Below are positions 54,755 through 63,399 of a stretch of 64,000 nt of DNA, piece by piece; within the stretch, counting starts at the first letter, position 1, and each line of letters begins with the position of its first letter. A program made the translations under genes and the position numbers. Origin of the DNA: Collinsella sp. (GTDB taxonomy: Bacteria; Actinomycetota; Coriobacteriia; Coriobacteriales; Coriobacteriaceae); the NCBI GenBank assembly GCA_048375035.1, contig DBGEDL010000056.1, forward strand, positions 1,298 to 65,297. Reading direction: 5' to 3'. The notes under the pieces are model-generated. The model was not told the DNA's origin. It searched no databases and worked only from the letters and a program-made list of their open reading frames with translations.

Positions 54755-56758
54755 ATGTCGAAGCAGGCAGTCGTTGGAATCTTGGCGCATGTCGATGCCG
54801 GCAAGACCACGTTGGCCGAGGCCATGTTGTTCAACGTGGGTCGCATTCGCAAGCGCGGCCGCGTGGACGATGGCGATTCGCATCTGGACACTAACGCGAT
54901 CGAGCGCGAGCGCGGCATTACGATCTTCTCGTCGCAGGCCGTGCTCGACCACGGCGATACCCACGTCATGCTTGTGGATGCGCCCGGCCACGTCGATTTT
55001 TCGGCCGAGGCGGAGCGCACGCTGCGCGCGCTCGACTATGCGATTTTGGTTGTGGGTGCCAACGACGGCGTGCAGGGGCACACCGAAACCCTGTGGCGCC
55101 TGCTTGCGCGCTATGACATTCCGACGTTCATCTTTATCAACAAAATCGATTTGGAGAATCCCGGCCGCGATGTTTTGCTGGCACAGCTTGGGCAACGTCT
55201 TTCCGAGGGCTGCCTGGATGCCAGCGAACTGTTGGTGGGTGGTGCCGTTCAGGAGGACGCTGCTGCGTTGGACGAGGCGGCGCTCGAGGAGTTTCTCGAC
55301 GCAGGGGAGCTTTCGACTGCCACGCTTTCGCGGCTGGTCGCAGAGCGAAAGTTGTTTCCCTGCTTTGCGGGCTCGGCGCTCAAGGACCAGGGTGTGGCAG
55401 AGCTACTCGACGGCATATGCGCTTTGATGCGCGAGCGAACATGGCCCCAGGAGTTCGCCGCGCGAGTCTACCGCGTGAGTCGTGGAGACCGTGGCGAGCG
55501 TCTTGCCTGGGTCAAGGTGACGGGCGGTGTACTGCGTGCAAAGCAAGTTGTCGAGGGATGCTCTGGCGCCTCCACTTGGGAGCAAAAGATCGACCAGGTG
55601 CGCATCTATAACGGCGAGAAGTATGAGCTTGCCCAAGAAGTTGCTGCTGGCGGTATTTGTGCCGTGACGGGCCTTGCGCACGTTCGCCCAGGGGATGCCT
55701 TGGGGGCGGAGCCCGTGGGCGATGCGCCTGTCATCGCTCCGGTCCTCACCTATACGGTGCTTCCGGGCGAACACGATGTCCACGCGGTGTTCAAAGCACT
55801 GACAGAGTTGGCGGACGAAGATCCCATGCTCGGCGTAAGCTGGAACACTCATCTTGAGCAGATTCATTTACAGCTGATGGGCGCCGTGCAACTCGAGGTC
55901 GTGCAGCGGGTGTTGGCCGATCGCTTTGGCCTTTCGGTTGCGTTTGAGTCTGGCGGCATTCTCTATAAGGAGACTATTTCGCAGCCGGTCGAGGGCGTGG
56001 GCCATTTTGAGCCGCTGCGCCACTATGCCGAGGTACATCTGCGCCTGGAGCCGTTGCCAGCGGGTTCGGGCGTGCAGTTTGGCACCGTGACCTCGACCGA
56101 CGAACTCGATCTTAACTGGCAGCGTTTGGCACTCACCAACGCCATGGAGCGCGATCACCTGGGCGCGCTGACCGGCTCGCCCATCACCGATGTGTGCATT
56201 ACGCTCACGGGCGGCCGTGCGCATGCCAAACACACCGAGGGCGGCGATTTTCGCCAGGCCACGTACCGCGCGATTCGCCAGGGGCTCATGCAGGCGCGTG
56301 AGGCTGGCGCGGCGGTGCTGTTGGAGCCGTGGTATCGCTTTGAGCTCGAGGTGCCGGGGGAGTGCGTGGGCCGGGCACTCTCGGATGCCACGCGCATGGG
56401 TGCCGAGTACGAGCCGCCGACGATGGCGGGAGACCGGGCGAAGCTTGTGGGTCGCGTGCCGGCATCTGAGGTGCAGGATTACGCGCTGGAGGTGGCCGCC
56501 TATACGAGTGGTCGTGGGCATCTGTACCTAGAGTTCGCCGGCTATGCGGCTTGCCATGATGCCGAGCGCGTCATCGAGACGGCCGCCTATGAGCCCGAGG
56601 CCGATCTGCCCAACACGCCCGATTCGGTCTTTTGCTCCCACGGCGCCGGTTACACGGTCAAATGGTACGACGTCCCCGAGGCAGCCCACGTAAAGGTCGA
56701 TCCCTCCACCTTCCGCCCCTGGCGAGCAGCAGACGCCGAGTTTTTCGGCCACATGTGA
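54755..56758 (+). CDS. Translation-factor GTPase of the EF-G / Tet(M)-Tet(W) ribosomal-protection family
   Basis: GILAHVDAGKTTLAEAML, DAPGHVDF, NKID. Domain order II-V parallels Tet(M)/Tet(W) by eye, but the sequence is clearly divergent. AAGAGGAG RBS. Confidence 0.85.
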   Translation: MSKQAVVGILAHVDAGKTTLAEAMLFNVGRIRKRGRVDDGDSHLDTNAIERERGITIFSSQAVLDHGDTHVMLVDAPGHVDFSAEAERTLRALDYAILVVGANDGVQGHTETLWRLLARYDIPTFIFINKIDLENPGRDVLLAQLGQRLSEGCLDASELLVGGAVQEDAAALDEAALEEFLDAGELSTATLSRLVAERKLFPCFAGSALKDQGVAELLDGICALMRERTWPQEFAARVYRVSRGDRGERLAWVKVTGGVLRAKQVVEGCSGASTWEQKIDQVRIYNGEKYELAQEVAAGGICAVTGLAHVRPGDALGAEPVGDAPVIAPVLTYTVLPGEHDVHAVFKALTELADEDPMLGVSWNTHLEQIHLQLMGAVQLEVVQRVLADRFGLSVAFESGGILYKETISQPVEGVGHFEPLRHYAEVHLRLEPLPAGSGVQFGTVTSTDELDLNWQRLALTNAMERDHLGALTGSPITDVCITLTGGRAHAKHTEGGDFRQATYRAIRQGLMQAREAGAAVLLEPWYRFELEVPGECVGRALSDATRMGAEYEPPTMAGDRAKLVGRVPASEVQDYALEVAAYTSGRGHLYLEFAGYAACHDAERVIETAAYEPEADLPNTPDSVFCSHGAGYTVKWYDVPEAAHVKVDPSTFRPWRAADAEFFGHM

Positions 56759-56782
56759 CAGAGGGGCAGCCCCTTTGGCAGA
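56754..56782. repeat. Family A palindrome, degenerate copy containing the GTPase stop codon
   Basis: TGTGACAGAGGGGCAGCCCCTTTGGCAGA. The TGA at 56756-56758 is the stop. Confidence 0.75.
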
Positions 56783-56789
56783 TTCAGTT

Positions 56790-56816
56790 GGTATAACTCG
56801 GTATAAGTTGGTATAA
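56790..56816 (+). promoter_or_regulatory. Three GGTATAA repeats at exact 10-bp phasing, within two 12-nt GTTGGTATAACT repeats
   Basis: Repeats at 56790, 56800 and 56810. An AT-rich island 36 nt upstream of the ATPase start. Confidence 0.45.
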
Positions 56817-56851
56817 CTATTACCAGGGTTTGCCAATCCGAGGAGGCCGAC

Positions 56852-57970
56852 ATGAATCCAAATCCCTTTAAGCCAACGGCAGGCAAGCGGCCTCCGATGC
56901 TCATTGGTCGCGAGTCGGTCATCGAAGATTTCGAGGAAGGGCTCGATAACGGCGCCGGAGCGCCGGGCAGGCTCATGCTCATTACGGGAAACCGCGGCTG
57001 CGGCAAGACAGTTCTCCTGCGGGAGCTGCAACGTCTGGCCAGCGAGCGCGGATGGGCGGTTGTCTCCGATTCCGCTTCGCTTGGCTTATGCGACCGCTTG
57101 GCCGACGCGCTTCGCTCGAATAAACCCGTTGTGACGTCAATGGAGTTCGGTCCTTCGTTTGGCCGGATGTCGGTCGAGGCGGCGCGAGCAAAGGGCGAGA
57201 CGTTGCGAGGGCTGGTCAACGAGCGCCTTAAGAAGCTCGGTCCAGGCAAGGGCATACTGTTTGCGATTGACGAGGCGCAATCGGCGTCTATCGAGGAACT
57301 GGCGGCTCTTGCCGTTCTCTATCAGCAGGTGCTCGGAGACCAGGATGCCACGGGATTACCCGATAGCGACCAGCGCGGTCTTGCGCTGGTTTTTGCCGGC
57401 TTGCCCAGTATGGTTGACGATCTGCTCGAAGAGCCGAGCGTGACGTTTTTGCGCCGCGCCCAGCAGCGTACGCTGGGGGCGATATCTTTGCCCAAGGTGC
57501 GCGATTCATATATCCAGACGGTCAAAGACGCTGGTCTTTACGTTGACGCGGAGACGGCGGACCTTGCGGCACGCAAGAGCATGGGGCATCCCTATATGGT
57601 TCAGCTGGTGGGATATTACATGTGGCGGTCTGCTGTCCGGCGTGGCTCGCAGGTCATCGAAAGGCGCGATGTCGAGGATGGCCATGCGGATGCCGTCTCC
57701 GAGTTCTACGAAGCGGTTGACGCGCCCCTGTATTACGGGCTGCGCAGTCCACAGCGCGTCTTTATCGAGGCCATGGCGGTTGACGAGGACAAACCGACGC
57801 GCATGGCGGATATCATTGAGCGCTGTGATCGTACCCAGAGCTGGGCGAGTAAATATCGCGCAAGCCTGATTCGCGAGCGCGTCATCGAGGCTGCCGGATA
57901 CGGTCTCGTCCGGTTTACTGTGCCCATGCTGGGCGAGTACATCCGCGATCGAGTTTTATGGCATGAGTAG
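56852..57970 (+). CDS. ORC/Cdc6-like AAA+ ATP-binding protein with a C-terminal winged-helix-like region
   Basis: Walker A GNRGCGKT, Walker B-like ILFAIDEAQ. GAGGAGG RBS. Confidence 0.8.
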   Translation: MNPNPFKPTAGKRPPMLIGRESVIEDFEEGLDNGAGAPGRLMLITGNRGCGKTVLLRELQRLASERGWAVVSDSASLGLCDRLADALRSNKPVVTSMEFGPSFGRMSVEAARAKGETLRGLVNERLKKLGPGKGILFAIDEAQSASIEELAALAVLYQQVLGDQDATGLPDSDQRGLALVFAGLPSMVDDLLEEPSVTFLRRAQQRTLGAISLPKVRDSYIQTVKDAGLYVDAETADLAARKSMGHPYMVQLVGYYMWRSAVRRGSQVIERRDVEDGHADAVSEFYEAVDAPLYYGLRSPQRVFIEAMAVDEDKPTRMADIIERCDRTQSWASKYRASLIRERVIEAAGYGLVRFTVPMLGEYIRDRVLWHE

Positions 57971-57995
57971 GGTGATAAAGGTGACGGAACAGAAG

Positions 57996-60476
57996 ATGAG
58001 CCCGCAGGCTATCGAGGTGCGTGGCGCGCGCGTCCATAACCTTAAGGACATCGATATCGATATTCCGCTGGGAAAGCTGGTGGGTATTGCCGGCGTATCG
58101 GGTTCGGGCAAGAGCTCGCTGGCACTGGGCGTTCTTTATGCCGAGGGCTCGCGCCGTTACTTGGAGGCGCTCAGCACCTATACTCGCCGTCGTCTGACGC
58201 AGGCCGAACATGCCCAGGTGGACGAGGTGCTACACGTGCCGGCGGCGCTCGCATTGCATCAGCGCCCGAGCGTGCCGAGCGTGCGCTCGACCTTTGGTAC
58301 CATGACCGAGCTCAACAATAGCCTGCGCCTGCTCTTTAGCCGTTGCGCCCATCACGTGTGCCCGCATTGCGGGGCGCGTGTGGAGCCGAGCCTTAACGTT
58401 GCCGCAGGCCTGTCGCTCGCGTGCCCTGTGTGCGGCCGCGAGTTCTACGCGCCGAGCGCCGAGGACCTTGCGTTTAACAGCGGCGGTGCGTGTCCCACCT
58501 GCGGCGGCACCGGTGTCATGCGCGAGGTGGACGAGGCGAGCTTGGTGCCCGACGAGTCAAAGACTATCAACGAGGGCGCGGTGCTTCCTTGGGGCACGCT
58601 CATGTGGGATCTGATGAAGCAGGTGGCCGGCGAGATGGGCGTGCGCACCGACGTGCCGTTTAACCAGCTCACGCCTCAAGAGCGCGACATCGTGTTCCAT
58701 GGTCCGGCGGTTAAGAAGCACATTCTCTACGTTCCCAAAAACGGCGAGGGCGCCACGCCGCTCGACTTCACCTATTACAACGCCGTCTATACCGTCGAGA
58801 ATGCGCTTGCCAAGGTTAAGGACGACAAGGGCCTCAAGCGCGTTGCACGCTTTTTGCGCGAGGGGCCATGCCGTGACTGTGGCGGCACGCGTCTCTCCGA
58901 GGCTGCGCGCCAGCCCCAGGTGCGCGGTATCAATCTGGCACAGGCTGCGGCCATGACGCTGGGCGAGGCGATTGAGTGGGTGCGCGGGGTGCCCGTATCC
59001 TTGCCGCCCGAGATGCGGCCTATGGCGACGGATATCTGCGATTCGTTTTTGAGCGCGGCCCGTCGTCTGGTCGACCTGGGTCTCGATTACCTTTCACTCG
59101 ACCGCGCCGGTGCCACGCTCTCCACGGGCGAGCGTCAGCGCGTTCAGCTCGCCCGCGTGGTGCGCAACCGATCGACGGGCGTGCTCTATGTGCTGGACGA
59201 GCCTTCGATCGGCTTGCATCCTGCCAATGTCGACGGCTTGGTGGGCGTGATGCGCGACCTGGTGGATGACGGCAACACCGTGGTTGTTGTCGACCACGAC
59301 ACACGTGTGCTGGCGGAGGCTGATTATCTGGTCGAGATGGGCCCCGTTGCCGGAGCGGGCGGCGGTAACGTGATCGCCGCGGGCGTGGTGGACGAGGTCG
59401 AACAATCGCAGGGCAGCCGTATCGCGCCGTTTTTGCGCTCAGAGTCCAAGCGCTTGCGTCCACAGGTGACTGACGACGAAATGTTCGATCAGGGTCATAT
59501 CCGCATGGCAACCGAGGCCATCCATACCGTTAAGCCGCTCGAAGTCGACATCCCGCGTGGCCGTCTCGTTGCGGTGACGGGTGTTTCGGGTTCGGGCAAG
59601 ACGACGTTGGTGCTCGAGACGCTCATTCCGGCGCTTAAGGCGCAGACAGCCGGCGAGCGCCTGCCGGGGCACGTGCGTTGGGTCGATGCCGAAGGCATTG
59701 CCCGCGCCAACTTGATTGACGCCACACCCATCGGCGCCAACGTGCGCTCGACGGTGGCAACCTATGCCGACATCCATGACGAGCTGCGCCGCGCCTTTGC
59801 ACGTACGCCCGAGGCCAAGGCGGCGGGATATAAGGCGGGCGCCTTTAGCTACAACACCGGTGCCCTGCGCTGCCCTACGTGCGACGGCACGGGTTCGATA
59901 TCGCTCGACGTGCAGTTTTTGCCCGACGTCGAGATCGTCTGCCCGGCATGTCGTGGCTCGCGCTACGCCGAGGCTGCCTCGCATATCCATCGCGAGGGCA
60001 AGGACGGGAGTCTGCTTACGTTGCCGCAGCTCATGGACATGAGTGTGGACGAAGCCATCGACGCCACACTGGGACTCAAGAAGGTTCAGACGCGCTTACA
60101 GACCTTGCATGACCTGGGCCTGGGTTATCTCACGCTCGGTGAGCCCACGCCGGCGCTTTCGGGCGGGGAGGCGCAGCGTCTTAAGCTCGCGAGCGAGATG
60201 GGCCGTGTGCAGGATGATGCCGTGTTCGTATTCGACGAGCCTACGATCGGCCTGCATCCGCTCGATGTTCGGGTGCTGCTGAACGTGTTTGACGGCCTCG
60301 TTGCCAAGGGCGCCACAGTTGTCGTGATCGAGCACGACCTCGACCTTATCCGTAACGCCGATTATGTGATCGACATGGGCCCGGGCGGTGGCGACGCCGG
60401 CGGGCAAATCGTCTGCGCCGGCACGCCGGGCGACATCGCTGCCTGCTCCAAGAGCATTACCGGTCGCTACCTATAG
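57996..60476 (+). CDS. UvrA-family ABC ATPase paralogue (short, UvrA2-like)
   Basis: The longest ORF starts at ATG 57963, overlapping the ATPase stop by 8 nt. ATG 57996 gives the canonical MSPQAIEVRGARVHNLKDIDIDIP..GVSGSGKSSLA. There are two ABC modules and zinc-finger CxxC pairs. At about 830 aa it is shorter than the housekeeping UvrA. Confidence 0.9.
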   Translation: MSPQAIEVRGARVHNLKDIDIDIPLGKLVGIAGVSGSGKSSLALGVLYAEGSRRYLEALSTYTRRRLTQAEHAQVDEVLHVPAALALHQRPSVPSVRSTFGTMTELNNSLRLLFSRCAHHVCPHCGARVEPSLNVAAGLSLACPVCGREFYAPSAEDLAFNSGGACPTCGGTGVMREVDEASLVPDESKTINEGAVLPWGTLMWDLMKQVAGEMGVRTDVPFNQLTPQERDIVFHGPAVKKHILYVPKNGEGATPLDFTYYNAVYTVENALAKVKDDKGLKRVARFLREGPCRDCGGTRLSEAARQPQVRGINLAQAAAMTLGEAIEWVRGVPVSLPPEMRPMATDICDSFLSAARRLVDLGLDYLSLDRAGATLSTGERQRVQLARVVRNRSTGVLYVLDEPSIGLHPANVDGLVGVMRDLVDDGNTVVVVDHDTRVLAEADYLVEMGPVAGAGGGNVIAAGVVDEVEQSQGSRIAPFLRSESKRLRPQVTDDEMFDQGHIRMATEAIHTVKPLEVDIPRGRLVAVTGVSGSGKTTLVLETLIPALKAQTAGERLPGHVRWVDAEGIARANLIDATPIGANVRSTVATYADIHDELRRAFARTPEAKAAGYKAGAFSYNTGALRCPTCDGTGSISLDVQFLPDVEIVCPACRGSRYAEAASHIHREGKDGSLLTLPQLMDMSVDEAIDATLGLKKVQTRLQTLHDLGLGYLTLGEPTPALSGGEAQRLKLASEMGRVQDDAVFVFDEPTIGLHPLDVRVLLNVFDGLVAKGATVVVIEHDLDLIRNADYVIDMGPGGGDAGGQIVCAGTPGDIAACSKSITGRYL

Positions 60477-60481
60477 ACAAC

Positions 60482-60508
60482 GTGACAAAGGGGCTGCCCC
60501 TTTGTCAC
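60482..60508. repeat. 27-bp perfect family A palindrome (GTGACAAAGGGGC-T-GCCCCTTTGTCAC)
   Basis: Lies between the convergent UvrA-like and TrmL genes. The TrmL stop TGA (60505-60507, minus strand) is inside the right arm. Confidence 0.9.
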
Positions 60509-61104
60509 ATGCCGGCAAAGCCGGTCTGGCGGAGAGCTTCGTAGAGGACGATGGCAGCGCTGTTGGAGAGGTTGAGTGCGCTGATGCGGTAGTCGTCAGG
60601 GTTGACGAAGTTGCCGCAGATGTCCTGTTGAAGGATGGCCTCGTGGCTGTCCTCGGTATGCCCCAGCGATTTCTCGTGAGCTTCCCAAGCCTCGGCGTTA
60701 TCGAGTGAGTCGCAATCGCGCAGCATCGGGATACGCTCGCAGCGCTCGGGCGCCGCGGCAAGCAGTGGCTCGGGAATGCCCGAGCTCTCGCTGCCAAAGA
60801 CCAAGTAGTCGCCATCGCGGTAGGTGCTCTGCGCATAGGTGCGGCGTGCCTTTTTGGTCAGCAGATGCAGGCGCTCGTCGGCGGGGGAGAGGCCATTGCG
60901 CGCAAGGAAATCCTCCCAGCCGGCATAGGTTGTCACGCCCAAGTTTTGCCAGTAGCCCAGTCCGGCGCGACGCACCGTCTTGTCGTCGAGCGAAAACCCC
61001 AGCGGCTCCACTAGATGCAGGCGGGCACCGGTGACCACGCAGGTGCGGCCGATATTGCCCGTATTGGCCGGAATCTCGGGCGCATACAGCACAATGTTGA
61101 ACAT
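60505..61104 (-). CDS. trmL: tRNA (cytidine/uridine-2'-O)-methyltransferase TrmL (SPOUT) with an internal insertion
   Basis: ORF 60505..61317 trimmed to ATG 61104 (AAGGAG RBS). MFNIVLYAPEIPANTGNIGRTC..DGDYLVFGSESSGIP..RIPM..LNLSNSAAIVLYEALRQ parallels E. coli TrmL. Confidence 0.85.
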   Translation of the reverse strand: MFNIVLYAPEIPANTGNIGRTCVVTGARLHLVEPLGFSLDDKTVRRAGLGYWQNLGVTTYAGWEDFLARNGLSPADERLHLLTKKARRTYAQSTYRDGDYLVFGSESSGIPEPLLAAAPERCERIPMLRDCDSLDNAEAWEAHEKSLGHTEDSHEAILQQDICGNFVNPDDYRISALNLSNSAAIVLYEALRQTGFAGM

Positions 61105-61123
61105 GAATCTCCTTGGCTCAGAA

Positions 61124-61157
61124 CGAAAAACCACCACGAAGGGCACCTTCGTGGTGG
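61124..61157 (-). terminator. Rho-independent terminator of the COG0523 gene
   Basis: Minus strand: CCACCACGAAGG-TGC-CCTTCGTGGTGG followed by TTTTTCG. Confidence 0.8.
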
Positions 61158-61199
61158 TTTGGCGGTTACGTAGGCGGAAAAATGCCCGCTTGGATAAAC

Positions 61200-62330
61200 C
61201 TAGGCGCGGTGCCAGTCGGTCAGGCAAGCATCGAGGGAAGCGATGAGCGCATCCTTGTCCATGTGACGGCCGATGATGCATAGGCTCGTCATACGGTCGC
61301 CCGTCTCGTCGTCCCAAATCTGCATGATCTCGGGGTTTTCGTCGATGATCTTCTGCTTCTCGCCCTCGGGCGCCGAGTCGACAAACAGGCCGTTCTCCAT
61401 CAGGCGCATCTGGTGGCCGGCCTGCTCAAACATGTAGCACATGTCCGGATTGCCGGTCTGCCACAGCGGACCCTTGACGCGGATGACCTCGTCGGGCCAC
61501 TCCTGCTCAACAAAATCGGTGAACTTCTGCAGGTCAAACGGCTTACGGCGCGAGTACACAAAGGTCTCGATGTCGTACTCGAGCACCTCGGGGTCGTCGT
61601 GCTCCTCGGGATGCTCCATGGCCTCGATCCAAGCGGCGGAGTTGTAGGCGCGCATAAAGTCGAAGCGGTCGGTGTCGAGCAGCTCCTCCATGGGGACCTC
61701 GCCGTTTTGGGCCTCGACGATCACGGCGTCTTTCTGCAGGCTGCGCACGATGGCCTTGAGCTCGGCGATCTGCTCGGGGCTCACGGTATCGGTCTTGTTG
61801 AGGATCAGCGTGGAGCAGAACTCGATCTGCTGGATGAGCAGACTTTCGATGTCGTCCTCGTCGATATCCTCGGCCAGCAGGTCGCGACCGCCGTTGAACT
61901 CGTCGTACATGCGGGCGCAGTCGACCACGGCCACGATGTTGTCGAGCGCAAGCTTAGGCTCGCCGCCCACCTTGGCCTCGTCGCAGAAGCTCGAGATGGT
62001 GTAGGCGATGGGGATAGGCTCGCAAATGCCCGATGCCTCGATGATGATGTAATCGAAGTTGCCCGAATCGGCGATGCCCTGCAGCTGGTTGGCAAGGTCG
62101 TCCGAAAGCGTACAGCAGATGCAGCCGTTGGTGAGCGGGATGAGGTCATCGGTCTCGGAAAGGCCGCCGTCGGCGATGAGGCTGGCGTCCACATTGATCT
62201 CGCCGATATCGTTGACGATTACGGCGGCGCGGATGCCGCCGTCGTTAGCGAGGATGTGGTTGAGCAGCGTGGTCTTGCCGGCACCGAGGTATCCGGTAAG
62301 CATGATGATCTTCACGGGTTTGTTGGGCAT
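61200..62330 (-). CDS. COG0523-family (CobW/YjiA/ZigA-like) GTPase metallochaperone
   Basis: ORF trimmed to ATG 62330 (AAAGGAGGG RBS). GYLGAGKTTLLNHIL and GCICCTL motifs. Confidence 0.88.
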   Translation of the reverse strand: MPNKPVKIIMLTGYLGAGKTTLLNHILANDGGIRAAVIVNDIGEINVDASLIADGGLSETDDLIPLTNGCICCTLSDDLANQLQGIADSGNFDYIIIEASGICEPIPIAYTISSFCDEAKVGGEPKLALDNIVAVVDCARMYDEFNGGRDLLAEDIDEDDIESLLIQQIEFCSTLILNKTDTVSPEQIAELKAIVRSLQKDAVIVEAQNGEVPMEELLDTDRFDFMRAYNSAAWIEAMEHPEEHDDPEVLEYDIETFVYSRRKPFDLQKFTDFVEQEWPDEVIRVKGPLWQTGNPDMCYMFEQAGHQMRLMENGLFVDSAPEGEKQKIIDENPEIMQIWDDETGDRMTSLCIIGRHMDKDALIASLDACLTDWHRA

Positions 62331-62416
62331 GTGCCCTCCTTTGTTAGACATGGCTTACAGTTAAATCTTATGCCAAACGCCTGCTCTTATACCCACGCGC
62401 CGGCAAATAACACAGG

Positions 62417-62758
62417 CTACTCCCAGGCTCCCCACACATCGGGGCAATAACCGACGGTGGCCTTTTTGCCGTTGCGCACGATGGGCTCGGCTAGAACCTG
62501 CTGATTCTCGAGCAGTTTATCGAAGCGCTGGCTAGGGGTGAGGTGCTGGATGAGCGCGAGCGTCTCCTCGTCCTTGGCCTTGGGGTTGAGCAGCTTGTCG
62601 ATGCTGCCGACCGCCTGCATCACGCTCGTGAGCTCGCCCTTGCTCATCTCCTTTTCCTTAAGGTCGATAAACTGCACCTTAATGCGGCGCTCCTTAAAAT
62701 AGCGCTGGGCCTTCTTGGTATCGAAGGACTTTTTGGTGCCAAAAATCTGCACGCTCAT
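62417..62758 (-). CDS. ArsC/Spx/YffB-fold protein lacking the N-terminal catalytic cysteine
   Basis: ORF trimmed to ATG 62758. MSVQIFGTKKSFDTKKAQRYFKERRI, where the family normally has C at the KS position. Confidence 0.75.
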   Translation of the reverse strand: MSVQIFGTKKSFDTKKAQRYFKERRIKVQFIDLKEKEMSKGELTSVMQAVGSIDKLLNPKAKDEETLALIQHLTPSQRFDKLLENQQVLAEPIVRNGKKATVGYCPDVWGAWE

Positions 62759-62775
62759 GTATTTGTTCCGCCGTT

Positions 62776-63399
62776 CTACCTGATGAAGTTGGTGCGCTCG
62801 CGATCGGCTTCGGGGGCTTCGATGCCGGCGGCCTGTCCTGCCTCGATACAATGCAGGAGCCAGGCCATGTTCTTGCCGATGTTGCGCATGGTGGCCAGGC
62901 CCTCGGCGTCCTGGGCGGCCTCGCCCGGCATGGCACCAAACACGTTGTTCCAGTACGTGGAAGCAACCACGGGCATCTGGTTGATGGTGAAGTACTTGTT
63001 GAGTACATCGAACGTGGTCGACGTGCCGCCGCGGCGGGCAACGGCGACAGAGGCGCCCGGCTTGTGCGCAAAGGCCTTGCTGCCAGCATAAAACGCGCGG
63101 TCGAGGGCCGAGAGGATGCGGCCGCTGGGGTGCGCGTAATAGACGGGCGAGCCAAAGACAAAGCCGTCTGCCTGCTCGGCGGCGGCAATGAGCTCGTTGA
63201 CCACGTCGTCGTCAAAGGTGCAGCGGCAATCGAGCTTGCCGCACCGACCACAGCCAATGCAGTCGCGAATGGGCTTGGTGCCCAGCTGAAACACCTCGGT
63301 ATCAATGCCTTCGGCATCAAGTTGCTTTGCGACCTCGGTGAGTGCGCGGGCAGTGTTGCCGTTTGCCTTGGGGCTGCCATTGATCAAAAGAACCTTCAT
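62776..63399 (-). CDS. Iron-sulfur flavoprotein-like NADPH-dependent FMN reductase
   Basis: ORF 62776..63816 trimmed to ATG 63399 (AGGGAG RBS). MKVLLINGSPKANGNT and the compact Cys cluster CIGCGRCGKLDC. Confidence 0.85.
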   Translation of the reverse strand: MKVLLINGSPKANGNTARALTEVAKQLDAEGIDTEVFQLGTKPIRDCIGCGRCGKLDCRCTFDDDVVNELIAAAEQADGFVFGSPVYYAHPSGRILSALDRAFYAGSKAFAHKPGASVAVARRGGTSTTFDVLNKYFTINQMPVVASTYWNNVFGAMPGEAAQDAEGLATMRNIGKNMAWLLHCIEAGQAAGIEAPEADRERTNFIR

